DNA from: an uncultured bacterium
GTDB taxonomy: Bacteria > Cyanobacteriota > Cyanobacteriia > Cyanobacteriales > Rubidibacteraceae
DNA: 64,000 bases
NCBI GenBank assembly: GCA_964435975.1
Contig: CAYTBI010000004.1
Location: 30,529-94,528, forward strand
Reading direction: 5' to 3'
Shown here: piece after piece, positions 35,123 to 44,777 of the stretch
Layout: every line of letters starts with the position of its first letter
Position numbering within the stretch: the first letter of the stretch is position 1
Translations under genes and position numbers: made by a program
The notes under the pieces: model-generated
What the model saw: only the letters and a program-made list of their open reading frames with translations
Database searches by the model: none
Told to the model about the DNA's origin: nothing

Positions 35123-36979
35123 TTGAACGCATTTATGAGATTTCTCCCGTCTAAGCTGAAGACTCCCAGCTACAGAGCGATTGCATCCATCGTAAACCGC
35201 AACAGGAGGCTGTTCCTGGTATCCTTTACCGTCAACCTGCTGGTAGCACTTTTTGAGGGTAGCACTTTCGCACTCGTTTATCTCGTCCTGAAAGTGATGG
35301 AGGGAGAATCCCTAGCAAACATAAACGGGTTAGGTTGGCTGGCGACTTTCACTCAAGACTGGTCTAGAGGGACGCTGTTTACTGCCTTGGTACTTTTCAC
35401 AATTTTGCTTCAGCTTGCTCGAAGTGCATTGCTTTACATGGCTTTAGTGGGCCTCGGCTACCTGAGCGCGCGCGCACGCGCTCAGACGGTCGTCCTTACC
35501 TTCGAGCGAATCATGTCATTTGAATTTGCCTTTGCAAGTGGCTATAAGGTCGGAGATCTGGCGCAATACATCCAGGATGCCGAAGTAGCGATTCAGGTCG
35601 AACTCCAGCAGTGGCGCAAGATACTAATCAAAACATTTACCTCCGTCGCCTACCTATATGTTTTGATTAGCATTTCCCCCCTGCTCTCTAGCGTTGCAGC
35701 TCTGCTGGCTCTGAGCTTGGTAGCCTTGCAAAACAACTTGTTCCCCAGACTCAAGCGGGCTGCTCTTGCGGTGACCCAAATTGTTGTTGAGGTGGTCAAA
35801 CAAGCCGTTGAGAGCATCCAGGGATTGCGAGTCATTCATAGTTTTGGCCTGCAGCGAGCGACTATCGACGATCTTCGTCCCATTGTCAGCAGTTCTGCTA
35901 GGGCGATGGAACATCAGGAGCGCCTTTCCTCGCTAATCGAGCCAATCAACAAATCTTCATTAATTGCGACAGTTGGTATTCTTCTGTGTGCTGGCTTCTT
36001 TGTTTTAGGGGGAAATAGAGGAGAATTAATCGTTTCCGAACTGTTTACATTCATTGCCGCTCTCAATCGCCTTGCCGGCGAACTCAATGGATTTACAGGA
36101 GCTTTCGCGGGCATGGCCAGAAATTCGGGGCGAATGGCCCGCCTGAATGAAATTTTGTCGATCGAACCGGAGAACATGGTGAGATTCGACGGCCATAACT
36201 TCAACGGGTTAGTGGAAGGCATTCGCTTCGAAGACTTGACCCTTTGGTACGCCACGAACGACACACCAACGCTAAGAAGCATTAACTTTGAGATGCCCAA
36301 GGGAACGGTGACGGCATTAGTCGGCGGCTCGGGGGCGGGAAAATCTTCCGTTGCCGACTTACTCTTAGGTCTGTACGATCCCTACCAAGGTAGAGTATCT
36401 ATTGATGGAGTCGATTTGCGGGACTACAGCCTGGAGAGCTGGCGCAAGAAAGTGGGTGTGGTCAGCCAAGATACCTTTATATTTAACCGGTCGATTCTAG
36501 ATAATATTCGGTATGGTGTTCCAGATGCGGTTGAAGCTGAGGTGGTACGAGCAGCCAAGGACGCCCAGGCCCACGACTTCATCATGGACTTGCCAGAAGG
36601 TTATCAAACTGTGGTTGGCGAGCGCGGATACAGGCTCTCGGGTGGCCAGCGACAGCGCTTAGCTTTAGCCCGTGCCATCCTGAAGTGCCCTGAAATCCTT
36701 GTTCTGGATGAGGCAACAAGTGCCCTCGACAGCCAGTCGGAGCAGCTAGTGCAGGAAGCGCTCTCGATGTTCCAGCAAGACCGGACGGCCCTGGTGGTGG
36801 CTCACCGCCTGTCTACAATCTCAGGAGCGGACCAGATTCTCGTCCTAGAGAAAGGAGAAATCGTAGAGCGAGGAACTCACCGAGAGTTACTTGCTGCGGG
36901 TGGGCGCTACGCCCACTACTGGCAGCTGCAGGCAGGAGAACCAAGGCATTTAGATCTGGATCTTTCCGCACAACAATGA
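35123..36979 (+). CDS. Fused TMD-NBD ABC exporter (MsbA/PglK-like)
   Basis: Six-TM N-domain. Walker A GGSGAGKSS, signature LSGGQRQRLALARA, Walker B LVLDEATSALD. Start is TTG 35123 or ATG 35135. Confidence 0.85.
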   Translation: MNAFMRFLPSKLKTPSYRAIASIVNRNRRLFLVSFTVNLLVALFEGSTFALVYLVLKVMEGESLANINGLGWLATFTQDWSRGTLFTALVLFTILLQLARSALLYMALVGLGYLSARARAQTVVLTFERIMSFEFAFASGYKVGDLAQYIQDAEVAIQVELQQWRKILIKTFTSVAYLYVLISISPLLSSVAALLALSLVALQNNLFPRLKRAALAVTQIVVEVVKQAVESIQGLRVIHSFGLQRATIDDLRPIVSSSARAMEHQERLSSLIEPINKSSLIATVGILLCAGFFVLGGNRGELIVSELFTFIAALNRLAGELNGFTGAFAGMARNSGRMARLNEILSIEPENMVRFDGHNFNGLVEGIRFEDLTLWYATNDTPTLRSINFEMPKGTVTALVGGSGAGKSSVADLLLGLYDPYQGRVSIDGVDLRDYSLESWRKKVGVVSQDTFIFNRSILDNIRYGVPDAVEAEVVRAAKDAQAHDFIMDLPEGYQTVVGERGYRLSGGQRQRLALARAILKCPEILVLDEATSALDSQSEQLVQEALSMFQQDRTALVVAHRLSTISGADQILVLEKGEIVERGTHRELLAAGGRYAHYWQLQAGEPRHLDLDLSAQQ

Positions 36980-36991
36980 GGCGATGGAGTC

Positions 36992-37987
36992 ATGTCGAAA
37001 GCTGTAGAGCACGGTAAACCTCTTGTGAGTGTGATAGTGCCAATGCGCAATGCTGAGGCCTACGTCACCGCGACACTAGAGTCGATATTGCAGGAGATGA
37101 GCTTGCCTCTGGAGATCGTCATTGTTGATGACGGCTCCACAGATAGTTCGACAGATTGCGTCCGAGGTGTTGGCGATCCGAGAGTTCGCCTCATTCCGGG
37201 GCCATGCGAGGGAATTTCGGCAGCATTAAATCTTGGCTTCGAGGCCGCGAAGGGCGAGATTTTGATGCGCTGCGATGCAGACGATGTTTACCCCCCCGGG
37301 CGCATAGCACACCAAGTGAACTGGCTGGGCCGGAATCCCGAATTTGGTGCAGTCTGTGGCAACTACTCTACGATTGATTCTCGAGGGGCGCTCGTCGTTC
37401 GCCACGACTGCGGCCGGGAGGCAACCGAGATTACGCAAGAATTGAGAAATGGAGTCACGCGCACGCATTTGTGCACGTTTGCGATCCGCTCGAGCTTTTA
37501 CCGACAGCTCTCTGGCTTCCGGCCTTACTTCAAGACGGCCGAAGATATTGACTTTCAGCTACGTCTTGGGGAGACGTGCAAAGTTCTTTATCTACCCAAC
37601 AGTTTTCTCAACTATCGCCTCCACGATGCCTCAGTGACCCACAGAAAGCGTAGCGAGGAGCGAGAATTTTTTGACCGCATGGCCCGCGTGTTTCAGCAGC
37701 AGAGGCTTCGGCAAGGCGCAGACGATCTCGAGAAGGGATGTCCGCCAGAACCTCCTCTCGATGACGGCACTGGGGCAACATGCCGCAGTGCCGAAACACA
37801 CATCCTTAACCTTTTAATAGGGGCTTCGTGGCGCGAATACCATCAAGGTAATAAGTTGGCAGCTCTGAAGCTCAGTCTGCGTGCTATCAGAGATTACCCG
37901 ACTGCTGGGAGGGCTTGGAGGAGCCTGGCGGCACTACTTTTCAAATCCGCTGGTCCTCGAATTCACTCGCCCTCGCAGACAGAGTGA
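36992..37987 (+). CDS. Family-2 glycosyltransferase (paralog 1)
   Basis: VSVIVPMRNAEAYV, VDDGSTDSS, CDADDV (DxD), plus the C-terminal helical module shared with the other three GT2s. Confidence 0.85.
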   Translation: MSKAVEHGKPLVSVIVPMRNAEAYVTATLESILQEMSLPLEIVIVDDGSTDSSTDCVRGVGDPRVRLIPGPCEGISAALNLGFEAAKGEILMRCDADDVYPPGRIAHQVNWLGRNPEFGAVCGNYSTIDSRGALVVRHDCGREATEITQELRNGVTRTHLCTFAIRSSFYRQLSGFRPYFKTAEDIDFQLRLGETCKVLYLPNSFLNYRLHDASVTHRKRSEEREFFDRMARVFQQQRLRQGADDLEKGCPPEPPLDDGTGATCRSAETHILNLLIGASWREYHQGNKLAALKLSLRAIRDYPTAGRAWRSLAALLFKSAGPRIHSPSQTE

Positions 37988-38041
37988 ATTCGAGAATCGC
38001 AGTCTTACGATTCGCAACTGAGGAGCAAAACTGGTACGAAT

Positions 38042-38992
38042 GTGCAGTACTCTCAAGGCCCGGAGCAGCCGATTATTTCAGCGTGCATGTCGGTCTACAA
38101 TAGCGCCGATTTCCCTAGAGAAGCGCCCGAGAGTGTACTAAACCAGTCGCTCTCAGATTTCGAATTCTTAGTTGTAGATGATGGCTCCACCGATTCGTCA
38201 CTCAGCATTCTTGAGTCTTATGCTCGAGCAGATAATAGGATTCGGATTTATAGCAGGCCCAATCGGGGAATCTCGGCAAGCCGCAACGAGCTGCTGGCCA
38301 AGGCGAGGGGTAGATACATCGCAGTGATGGATGCAGATGATATTGCTCTGCCCAATCGTTTCGAATTGCAGGCTGAGTTTTTGGAGAGCAATAGCGAGTA
38401 TGTGTGCGTCGGGGGCGCGATGGAGATTATCGACAGATGGAGCCGTTTTCTGGCTCGATTGTCTCTTCCGGAGGCGGATGCGGTGATTCAAGAGTTGGCT
38501 TTGGCAGGCCATGGAAGCATCTGCCACCCTGCTGCTACAGTTCGTCGCTCTGCTCTCCTTGAGATAGGCGGATACGACGAAAGCATGAGTGTCGCGCTCG
38601 ATCTCGATCTATGGTTAAGGCTTGGCGAACTCGGCAGGCTGGCAAACTTGAAAGACCCCGTCATCAGGTACAGGCTTCATGGTAAATCTATCAGCGAGCA
38701 AAAAAGAGAGGAGCAACGGCAGTCAGCCAAAGCTGCTTATGAGAGAGCCTGGCAGCGGCGGGGTATATCAGGGAGCTTCGAGGCGGCAGGCATGTGGAGG
38801 CCCGGGTCAGACCGCCAATCTCGCCACAAATTTGCTCTCAAGTATGGTTGGTGGGCGTTCAACAGCGCTCAACGAAGGACAGCGCTGTCCTATGGCATCG
38901 AAGCCCTCAAGATCTACCCCACTTCTGCAGAAAGTTGGAAGCTCTTTCTTGCCAGCCTGTTGAAGGAGATGCCCGTGCGGGAGTATCAATAA
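38042..38992 (+). CDS. Family-2 glycosyltransferase (paralog 2)
   Basis: SVYNSADF, VDDGSTDSS, MDADDI, and C-terminal SRHKFALKYGWWAFNSAQR...SWKLFLASLLK. Confidence 0.85.
   Translation: MQYSQGPEQPIISACMSVYNSADFPREAPESVLNQSLSDFEFLVVDDGSTDSSLSILESYARADNRIRIYSRPNRGISASRNELLAKARGRYIAVMDADDIALPNRFELQAEFLESNSEYVCVGGAMEIIDRWSRFLARLSLPEADAVIQELALAGHGSICHPAATVRRSALLEIGGYDESMSVALDLDLWLRLGELGRLANLKDPVIRYRLHGKSISEQKREEQRQSAKAAYERAWQRRGISGSFEAAGMWRPGSDRQSRHKFALKYGWWAFNSAQRRTALSYGIEALKIYPTSAESWKLFLASLLKEMPVREYQ
38821..38870 (+). repeat. Near-identical DNA patch shared with 45542..45591 (46 of 50 nt identical by my alignment)
   Basis: tcgccacaaatttgctctcaagtatggttggtgggcgttcaacagcgctc versus tcgccacaaatttgctctgaagtacggctggtgggctttcaacagcgctc. 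It lies inside the paralogous GT2 C-terminal modules. Confidence 0.85.
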
Positions 38993-39038
38993 CAGGCGTT
39001 GATTGTCGGTGGCCCGATGCTCGAGCCGAAGCTGCCGA

Positions 39039-40259
39039 CTAGCTTCGGACGGGCAAGGCTTCTAGTCGTACGGGGATCTCGATCGCACGGCCGCCGCGCT
39101 GGATATCTAAAACCACCGTATCGCCGATGGCCTGCTCGGCTACCAATCTTTGTACTTGGGCGCTCTCGGTTACCGTTTGGTTGTCGAGGCGCTCGATCGT
39201 ATCGCCGGCGCGCAGCCCGGCTTTGGCTGCTGGCGAGCCTTCTACAACTTCTACAATCAGCACGCCCCTCTCGGGCAGAGCTGCACCGCCAGAGAGTCGC
39301 TCGCTGACGGTCTGACGCTGCTCGGGGGTTAAAGAGGCAAGGGAAGCCATGCGCACGCCCACATAAGGATAATCCACCCGGCCGTTTGCCAAGATTTGTT
39401 CGGCGACGCTGCGAGCGGTGTCGATGGGGACCGCAAATCCTAGCCCCTGGGCGCGGCCAATGATGGCTGTATTCACGCCAATGACTTCGCCGCGAGCATT
39501 GAGCAGGGGCCCGCCAGAATTGCCAGGATTGATGGCTGCATCGGTTTGCAGAAACTCCACCCGCTTGTCGGCAACACCAATGTCCGCAGCCGACCTACCG
39601 GTCGCGCTAATAACACCAACAGTTACCGTTTCTTCGAGGCCGAGGGGGTTACCGATGGCGATCGCCCATTGGCCGGGGCGAACGGTCTCGCTGCGCCCGA
39701 GGGAGACTGCCGGCAGGCTCTCGACCGGAACGCGCACCACCGCAATATCGGTTAGGGGATCTTCGCCGACGACTTCACCTTCAAAGCTGCGACCGTCGGG
39801 GAACGACACCGTGACAGTATCGGCTCGCGAAACCACGTGGGCGTTGGTCAAAATGATGCCGCTGGCATCGATGACAAAACCCGAGCCCTCGCCGCGGACC
39901 ACGCGCTCGGAGGATTCGGGGAGGCTACCCCCAAAAAACCGCCGGAAAAACGGATCCTGGAACACCCGGGGCACCTGCTGTTGGACGGTGCGGCTGGTAT
40001 CGATGCGCACCACGGCCGGGCCGACGCGCTCGACGGCATCTGTAACGAAGTTGGTATCTGAAGGGATTGGCTCGAGGGGCCGCTGGGCCGCAGCAGGCGC
40101 GCCCCCATTGACGGCAACCGGCCGCTGGCAGCCAGCGAGCAGCAGGCTGGCTGCGACAACGGGTGCGACCGCGCGCCGCCGAGATCTAAAATTAGGTCTA
40201 AAACTTGCGTGAATGTTCGCCACAACTCTCCCCCAAATGCCGTAATTCTGGGTCCGCAT
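39039..40259 (-). CDS. HtrA/Deg family serine protease with PDZ domain
   Basis: Catalytic triad contexts TNAHVV, DIAVV, GNSGGPL, and a C-terminal PDZ. RSRRRAV plus LLLAGC suggests a Tat/lipoprotein-type signal. An alternative ATG lies at 40316. Confidence 0.85.
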   Translation of the reverse strand: MRTQNYGIWGRVVANIHASFRPNFRSRRRAVAPVVAASLLLAGCQRPVAVNGGAPAAAQRPLEPIPSDTNFVTDAVERVGPAVVRIDTSRTVQQQVPRVFQDPFFRRFFGGSLPESSERVVRGEGSGFVIDASGIILTNAHVVSRADTVTVSFPDGRSFEGEVVGEDPLTDIAVVRVPVESLPAVSLGRSETVRPGQWAIAIGNPLGLEETVTVGVISATGRSAADIGVADKRVEFLQTDAAINPGNSGGPLLNARGEVIGVNTAIIGRAQGLGFAVPIDTARSVAEQILANGRVDYPYVGVRMASLASLTPEQRQTVSERLSGGAALPERGVLIVEVVEGSPAAKAGLRAGDTIERLDNQTVTESAQVQRLVAEQAIGDTVVLDIQRGGRAIEIPVRLEALPVRS

Positions 40260-40341
40260 TACATTATGCGCAATGGTGGTGCGAGTTGGCAGTCCTGCGA
40301 GCGGGCACCCGAACATTTACGGAAAACTGCAACTTGCGAGG

Positions 40342-43053
40342 CTACGGTTGCTCGTCGAGCCGCACGATCGCCGTAATAATCTGGTGGGGTCCCACTTCGA
40401 GAACGAGGGCACCTGCGGTAACCGGCCGAGACGCCTCCGTCTGCCAGGTGTCGCCTAGATCTGTCAAGCACCACATCCGAGCGGCGACCCCGAGCCGAAC
40501 GCGCGCGATTTGCGGGGCTGCCGAGATGTTGTAGGCGCGAATGACCCAACTGCCAGGCTCGCGGCCGGGCTGGCACGCCGAAAGCAGCACCCACGGATTG
40601 TCGATGGCGAGCAAAGAATCCTGGCGCGGCAAGCGGCGATCGCCACTCACGAAAGGCAGTGCCGGCAGCTCCGTCGCCCAAGCTGGCCGGGCAAAGGCGC
40701 GGGCGTGGCGGGTTATTTCTGGGAGGGCAGCCGTGCCAAATCCAAACGCCAGCTCCGCTTCGCAGGGGCGCAAGCACTGCGCTCCAGGCGTAGGCACCGA
40801 AGGACCGGCCTGGCAGCGGCGAATGCGGCCATTCTCGACGGAGAGATAGCCCACCGCCCGATGCAGGGTAACTGCAATAGAGCTCGGACCCTCAGGCGCG
40901 AGAATTTCGTATTCGGGCAAACCGCGATTGGCCACCCAAGCGCGATAACTGCGGCCGGCAAGCTTGCCGGCCGCGATCGCAAAGTCGCCCTGGTGATGGG
41001 TGGGGTAGTCCAGCTCGCCGGGGTAGGCGCGGTAGCGCTCGGGGTCGCTCTCGGGAGTCCGCAGGTCGGGTTTGGTGCGGGGTGCCAAGCGAAAGTGCCC
41101 GTCGGCTAGGGAGTCGCGCGTGGCAAATCCCAGGGAGAAAACAGCCCGCAAGCGGCCATTTCGGGCGCTATTGCGGTAGCAAACTCGCACCGAGAGCGAT
41201 CGCTGCTCGTTCAGGCGCAAGTCGCTCGTCAGCATCAGAGTGGTCTCTGCTGCGGGTGGATAGCTCGCCGGGACCTGCAGGCGATGGCTTAGCCGCAGCG
41301 TGTCGGGGCGATCGGGTGGGCTGGTAATTTCAACGAGGGTCGCCCACCAAGGGCCCGCGTCGGGGACCGGCCCAAAAGAGTAAGTGTCGCCGCTGTCGAG
41401 CTGATACTCGAAGCGCACCGGATCTGCAAGCTCGATACCGGTGGCTTTATCGAGCAAAAAGAGCCGACCGTCCCGTACCTGCAGGCAGTACCAGTCGTTT
41501 TCAAGCTGAAGGGGAGCCGGCGTTGTCGGCACGACCGGATTGCAGGGGCGCTCCCAAATGCGGACGAGTTGATAGCCCAATGGCGGCACGACGACCGTGA
41601 AGCCAACGTCATAGCGGCGCCCCCAGGTCGTCTCTAGGTAGCGCGATCGCACCTCGCGCCCGGCGCTCGCGAGCGTATGAATTGCAACGGAATTGCCCGC
41701 ACCGTCGAGGCCAGTTAGGGCACGCTCTGGCTGAGGCTCGCCCCATTCGCCCTCAGGGTTGGGGAATAAGATGCGAGCTTCGGCGCGATAGGCCTGCACC
41801 CAGGGATGGGGATTGAAAACAAACACCTCACTAAAGCCCTCACCACTCGCAGCAACGGGCTCGGCAAAGCCAATTTTGAGGAGATTCTCCAGATGCGCGA
41901 TCGCCACCCCCTCGGCAATTTCGGTAACCTGGCGAAACCGCACTTCGCCATCGGCATGAACCGCATCGACACTGCAGCCGCAAATATCATCGTGGGGATG
42001 GTTGCGCAGCAGCAATTTCCAGGCGTGGGCCAAAACGGGCCGCGCGTCTGTGGCTGTTGGGGCCACCGCCGCCAGCCAGACGCTCAAGGGCTCGGCCAAA
42101 TCCACGAGCCAATGTTGGGCGCGGTGGTTTTGCTGCTTGAGATACATGCGTGTCGAAAATACGCTCGCCAGGATGGGGTGGTCGTCGTTGCCGATGAGAT
42201 CGCCGGCAAATTCTCGGCGCGGCAGGGCTTCGGCTTCGACTGCCCGAATGAAGTCCCCCAGGGTGCCCTGCTCGAGGGTGATTTTTTCAGCGAGTTCGCC
42301 TTCTAAATCGGCCAGGAGCCGGGGTAGCTCGGGCTGGGGGGGCATGTGGTCGAAGCCATTAGAGAGCAGCAACGTCCGCTCTTGCTGCAAGGGGGCGAGC
42401 TTGGCTACTGCAGCTAAGACTTGCTCGCGGGCGAGGGTGCGGTCGGCTCGGCGACCGTCAAAGCGACCGAAGACGTGGGGGTGCCCCAGCGCGCCGACAG
42501 GAAAGTAGCCCTCCGGCTGATAAACTGCCAGCACTCGCGAGCCGTCGGGGGCAACCCAATCAAAAATCGAGCCGCAGCGCCCTTTGGTCTCGGCATCGAG
42601 GCCGCGCATGAAAATAAAAGCTGCCAGACCGAGGCCGCGCAGCACCTGGGGCATTTGGGCAAAATGTCCGAAGGGATCGGGCACGTAGCCCACGCAGTCG
42701 CCGCCGCCGTACTCAGCCACCATCGCCAGGCCCACCTGCAAGTTCCGGACGATCGCCTCGCCACTCACCAGAAATAAATCGGGCAGCGCGTACCAAGGTC
42801 CGATAGCCAAGCGCCCCGACCGCACCAAGGCTTGCAGGCGCGGTTTTTGCTCCGGGCGAATTTCTAAGTAGTCTTCGAGCAAAACCGTCTGCCCGTCGAG
42901 GGTAAAGGCCCGAAAAGCAGGGTCGGTCTCCAGGGTGTCGAGCAAGCTATCGAGCAAGCCAACCAGGCGCAAGCGGTAGCGCTCGAAGGGCAAATACCAG
43001 GCGCGATCCCAGTGGGTGTGGGCGACGACGATCCCCCGATAGGGCGGTTTCAT
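40342..43053 (-). CDS. Glycoside hydrolase family 38 (alpha-mannosidase/mannosylglycerate hydrolase-like)
   Basis: GH38 N-terminal motif VVAHTHWDRAWY. About 900 aa, starting at the internal ATG (MKPPYRGIV...) 5 nt after the moaB stop. Confidence 0.8.
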   Translation of the reverse strand: MKPPYRGIVVAHTHWDRAWYLPFERYRLRLVGLLDSLLDTLETDPAFRAFTLDGQTVLLEDYLEIRPEQKPRLQALVRSGRLAIGPWYALPDLFLVSGEAIVRNLQVGLAMVAEYGGGDCVGYVPDPFGHFAQMPQVLRGLGLAAFIFMRGLDAETKGRCGSIFDWVAPDGSRVLAVYQPEGYFPVGALGHPHVFGRFDGRRADRTLAREQVLAAVAKLAPLQQERTLLLSNGFDHMPPQPELPRLLADLEGELAEKITLEQGTLGDFIRAVEAEALPRREFAGDLIGNDDHPILASVFSTRMYLKQQNHRAQHWLVDLAEPLSVWLAAVAPTATDARPVLAHAWKLLLRNHPHDDICGCSVDAVHADGEVRFRQVTEIAEGVAIAHLENLLKIGFAEPVAASGEGFSEVFVFNPHPWVQAYRAEARILFPNPEGEWGEPQPERALTGLDGAGNSVAIHTLASAGREVRSRYLETTWGRRYDVGFTVVVPPLGYQLVRIWERPCNPVVPTTPAPLQLENDWYCLQVRDGRLFLLDKATGIELADPVRFEYQLDSGDTYSFGPVPDAGPWWATLVEITSPPDRPDTLRLSHRLQVPASYPPAAETTLMLTSDLRLNEQRSLSVRVCYRNSARNGRLRAVFSLGFATRDSLADGHFRLAPRTKPDLRTPESDPERYRAYPGELDYPTHHQGDFAIAAGKLAGRSYRAWVANRGLPEYEILAPEGPSSIAVTLHRAVGYLSVENGRIRRCQAGPSVPTPGAQCLRPCEAELAFGFGTAALPEITRHARAFARPAWATELPALPFVSGDRRLPRQDSLLAIDNPWVLLSACQPGREPGSWVIRAYNISAAPQIARVRLGVAARMWCLTDLGDTWQTEASRPVTAGALVLEVGPHQIITAIVRLDEQP

Positions 43054-43058
43054 GGCAG

Positions 43059-43577
43059 CTAACGTTCTCGCAGGCGAGGTAAGAGTTCGGCAAAGTTGCA
43101 GGGGGCGTGGCGGGCATCGAGCTGGAGAGCCAAGATTTTTTCCCAAGCAGTCCGACAAGCTCCCGTAGAGCCAGGCAGACAAAAAATATAGGTGCTGTTG
43201 GCTACGCCTGCGATCGCGCGCGACTGCAGTGTCGAAGTTCCAATTTCGGCAAAGGAGACCGCTCGGAAAATCTCGCCAAAGCCGGGAATTTCTTTATCAA
43301 AAAGCGGCGCTAAGGCTTCTGGGGTGCGGTCGCGGCCGGTAACCCCAGTGCCACCAGTGGCGATCGCGACCTGGATGCTCTCATCGGCAATCCACTGCGA
43401 GACGACGGCCCGAATCTGGTAGACATTGTCTGGAACGATTGCTTTGGCTGCCAGCTTGTGGCCGGATCCTTGCAAACTTTCTACTAGGTACTGGCCCGAC
43501 TTGTCCGTGGCCTCAGACCGAGTGTCGGAAATCGTTAGGACCGCCACATTTAAAGGAACAAAGGACTTTTCTGCCAT
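43059..43577 (-). CDS. moaB: Molybdenum cofactor biosynthesis protein B
   Basis: [11 protein letters not shown] and [12 protein letters not shown] MoaB/MogA-fold motifs. ATG at 43577 preferred over TTG at 43595. Confidence 0.8.
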   Translation of the reverse strand: MAEKSFVPLNVAVLTISDTRSEATDKSGQYLVESLQGSGHKLAAKAIVPDNVYQIRAVVSQWIADESIQVAIATGGTGVTGRDRTPEALAPLFDKEIPGFGEIFRAVSFAEIGTSTLQSRAIAGVANSTYIFCLPGSTGACRTAWEKILALQLDARHAPCNFAELLPRLRER

Positions 43578-43803
43578 AGCTTGCAAATCGGGCAATTGCC
43601 CCGTAAGGGATCCGCCTTCACCGCATCTCGGCCGACACGACGGTTGGCGAGGGCCGCTACCAGTAGAGCAATAGAACCAAAGCTACGCTGACGCTGGTGT
43701 TGGCGAGCATCCACTGAGTGCTATATATTGACTCTTATGAACTGAATGACTACCGCTGCGAAACATCACTTAATTGATTTGTTGCTCGATTGGAGCTGTG
43801 GAG

Positions 43804-44775
43804 ATGGAACAGAAGGCTGTAGGTTCGGATCGACCTGTTATATCTGTGTGCATGCCGGTCTACAACGGCTCGGCTTTTGTCCGCGAGACGATCGAGAGCG
43901 TGCTGGCGCAATCCTACAAGAATTTTGAATTTTTGGTTATGGATGATGGCTCCACGGACGCCTCGGCGGAGCTCGTGCGGAGTTACGCAGACCAAGACAG
44001 TCGGGTGACTCTTTTTCAAGGACCGAACCGGGGCGTTTCGAGGTCCAGGAATCTGCTGTTGGCCGAGGCCCAGGGCGAGTTCATCGCTGTCATCGATTCT
44101 GATGATGTCGCCCTTCCAAACCGACTGAAAGACCAGTTGGATTTCATGCAACAGAACCCAGACATTAACTGGTTGGGTGGTGCCTTCGAGCTGATCGACG
44201 AACGGGGACGGTACCTGACAACGATGAGTTTGGCCGCAGACAACGCTTCGATTCAGAATCTGCTGCTCAAAGGCAGCCCGAGCCTGCTGCACTCAGCAGC
44301 CTTGATTCGCAAGGATGTCATGGAGCAACTGGGGGGCTACCGCGAGTCTTTTTCCACGGCCGGCTCTGATGCCTCTGATTTGGACCTTTGGCTGAGAATG
44401 ACCGAGATTGGGGCCGTTGCCAACTTGCCTCAAACCATCGTTAAATATCGAATTCACTCAAAATCGATCAGTGCCCGCTCTCGCCAGAAGCAGCTAGATC
44501 ATGCGGACCGAGCCGTTCGCGAAGCTTGGGAGCGACGCGGGCTTGGCGTACCTGCTTTCAAAGCAACGGGGTGTCCCTACCGGCCTCTTGGCAATCGCGC
44601 CTCCCGCCACGAGTTCATGCTGAAATATGGCTGGTGGGCTTTCAACAGTCGCCAGCGGGGAACCGCTGCCTACTATGGCATGAGAGCGGCGGTCGAGATG
44701 CCGTTTGCGCTCGAGTCCTGGCAGCTTTTCTTCTGTGCTGTTTTCAAAAGGCTTCCCAAGCAAGCCGGAGTGTAG
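43804..44775 (+). CDS. Family-2 glycosyltransferase (paralog 3)
   Basis: ISVCMPVYNGSAFV, MDDGSTDAS, IDSDDV, and C-terminal SRHEFMLKYGWWAFNSRQR...SWQLFFCAVFK. GGAG precedes the ATG. Confidence 0.85.
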   Translation: MEQKAVGSDRPVISVCMPVYNGSAFVRETIESVLAQSYKNFEFLVMDDGSTDASAELVRSYADQDSRVTLFQGPNRGVSRSRNLLLAEAQGEFIAVIDSDDVALPNRLKDQLDFMQQNPDINWLGGAFELIDERGRYLTTMSLAADNASIQNLLLKGSPSLLHSAALIRKDVMEQLGGYRESFSTAGSDASDLDLWLRMTEIGAVANLPQTIVKYRIHSKSISARSRQKQLDHADRAVREAWERRGLGVPAFKATGCPYRPLGNRASRHEFMLKYGWWAFNSRQRGTAAYYGMRAAVEMPFALESWQLFFCAVFKRLPKQAGV

Positions 44776-44777
44776 CC

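Noticed and set aside
44526-44777. An 84-codon N-terminal extension of the fourth GT2 in the ORF track (44526..45719).
   Set aside because: The extension overlaps the 3' end of the preceding GT2 in another frame and has no GT2 similarity. The ATG at 44778 reproduces the N-terminus seen in the paralogs (SVLMPVYN).
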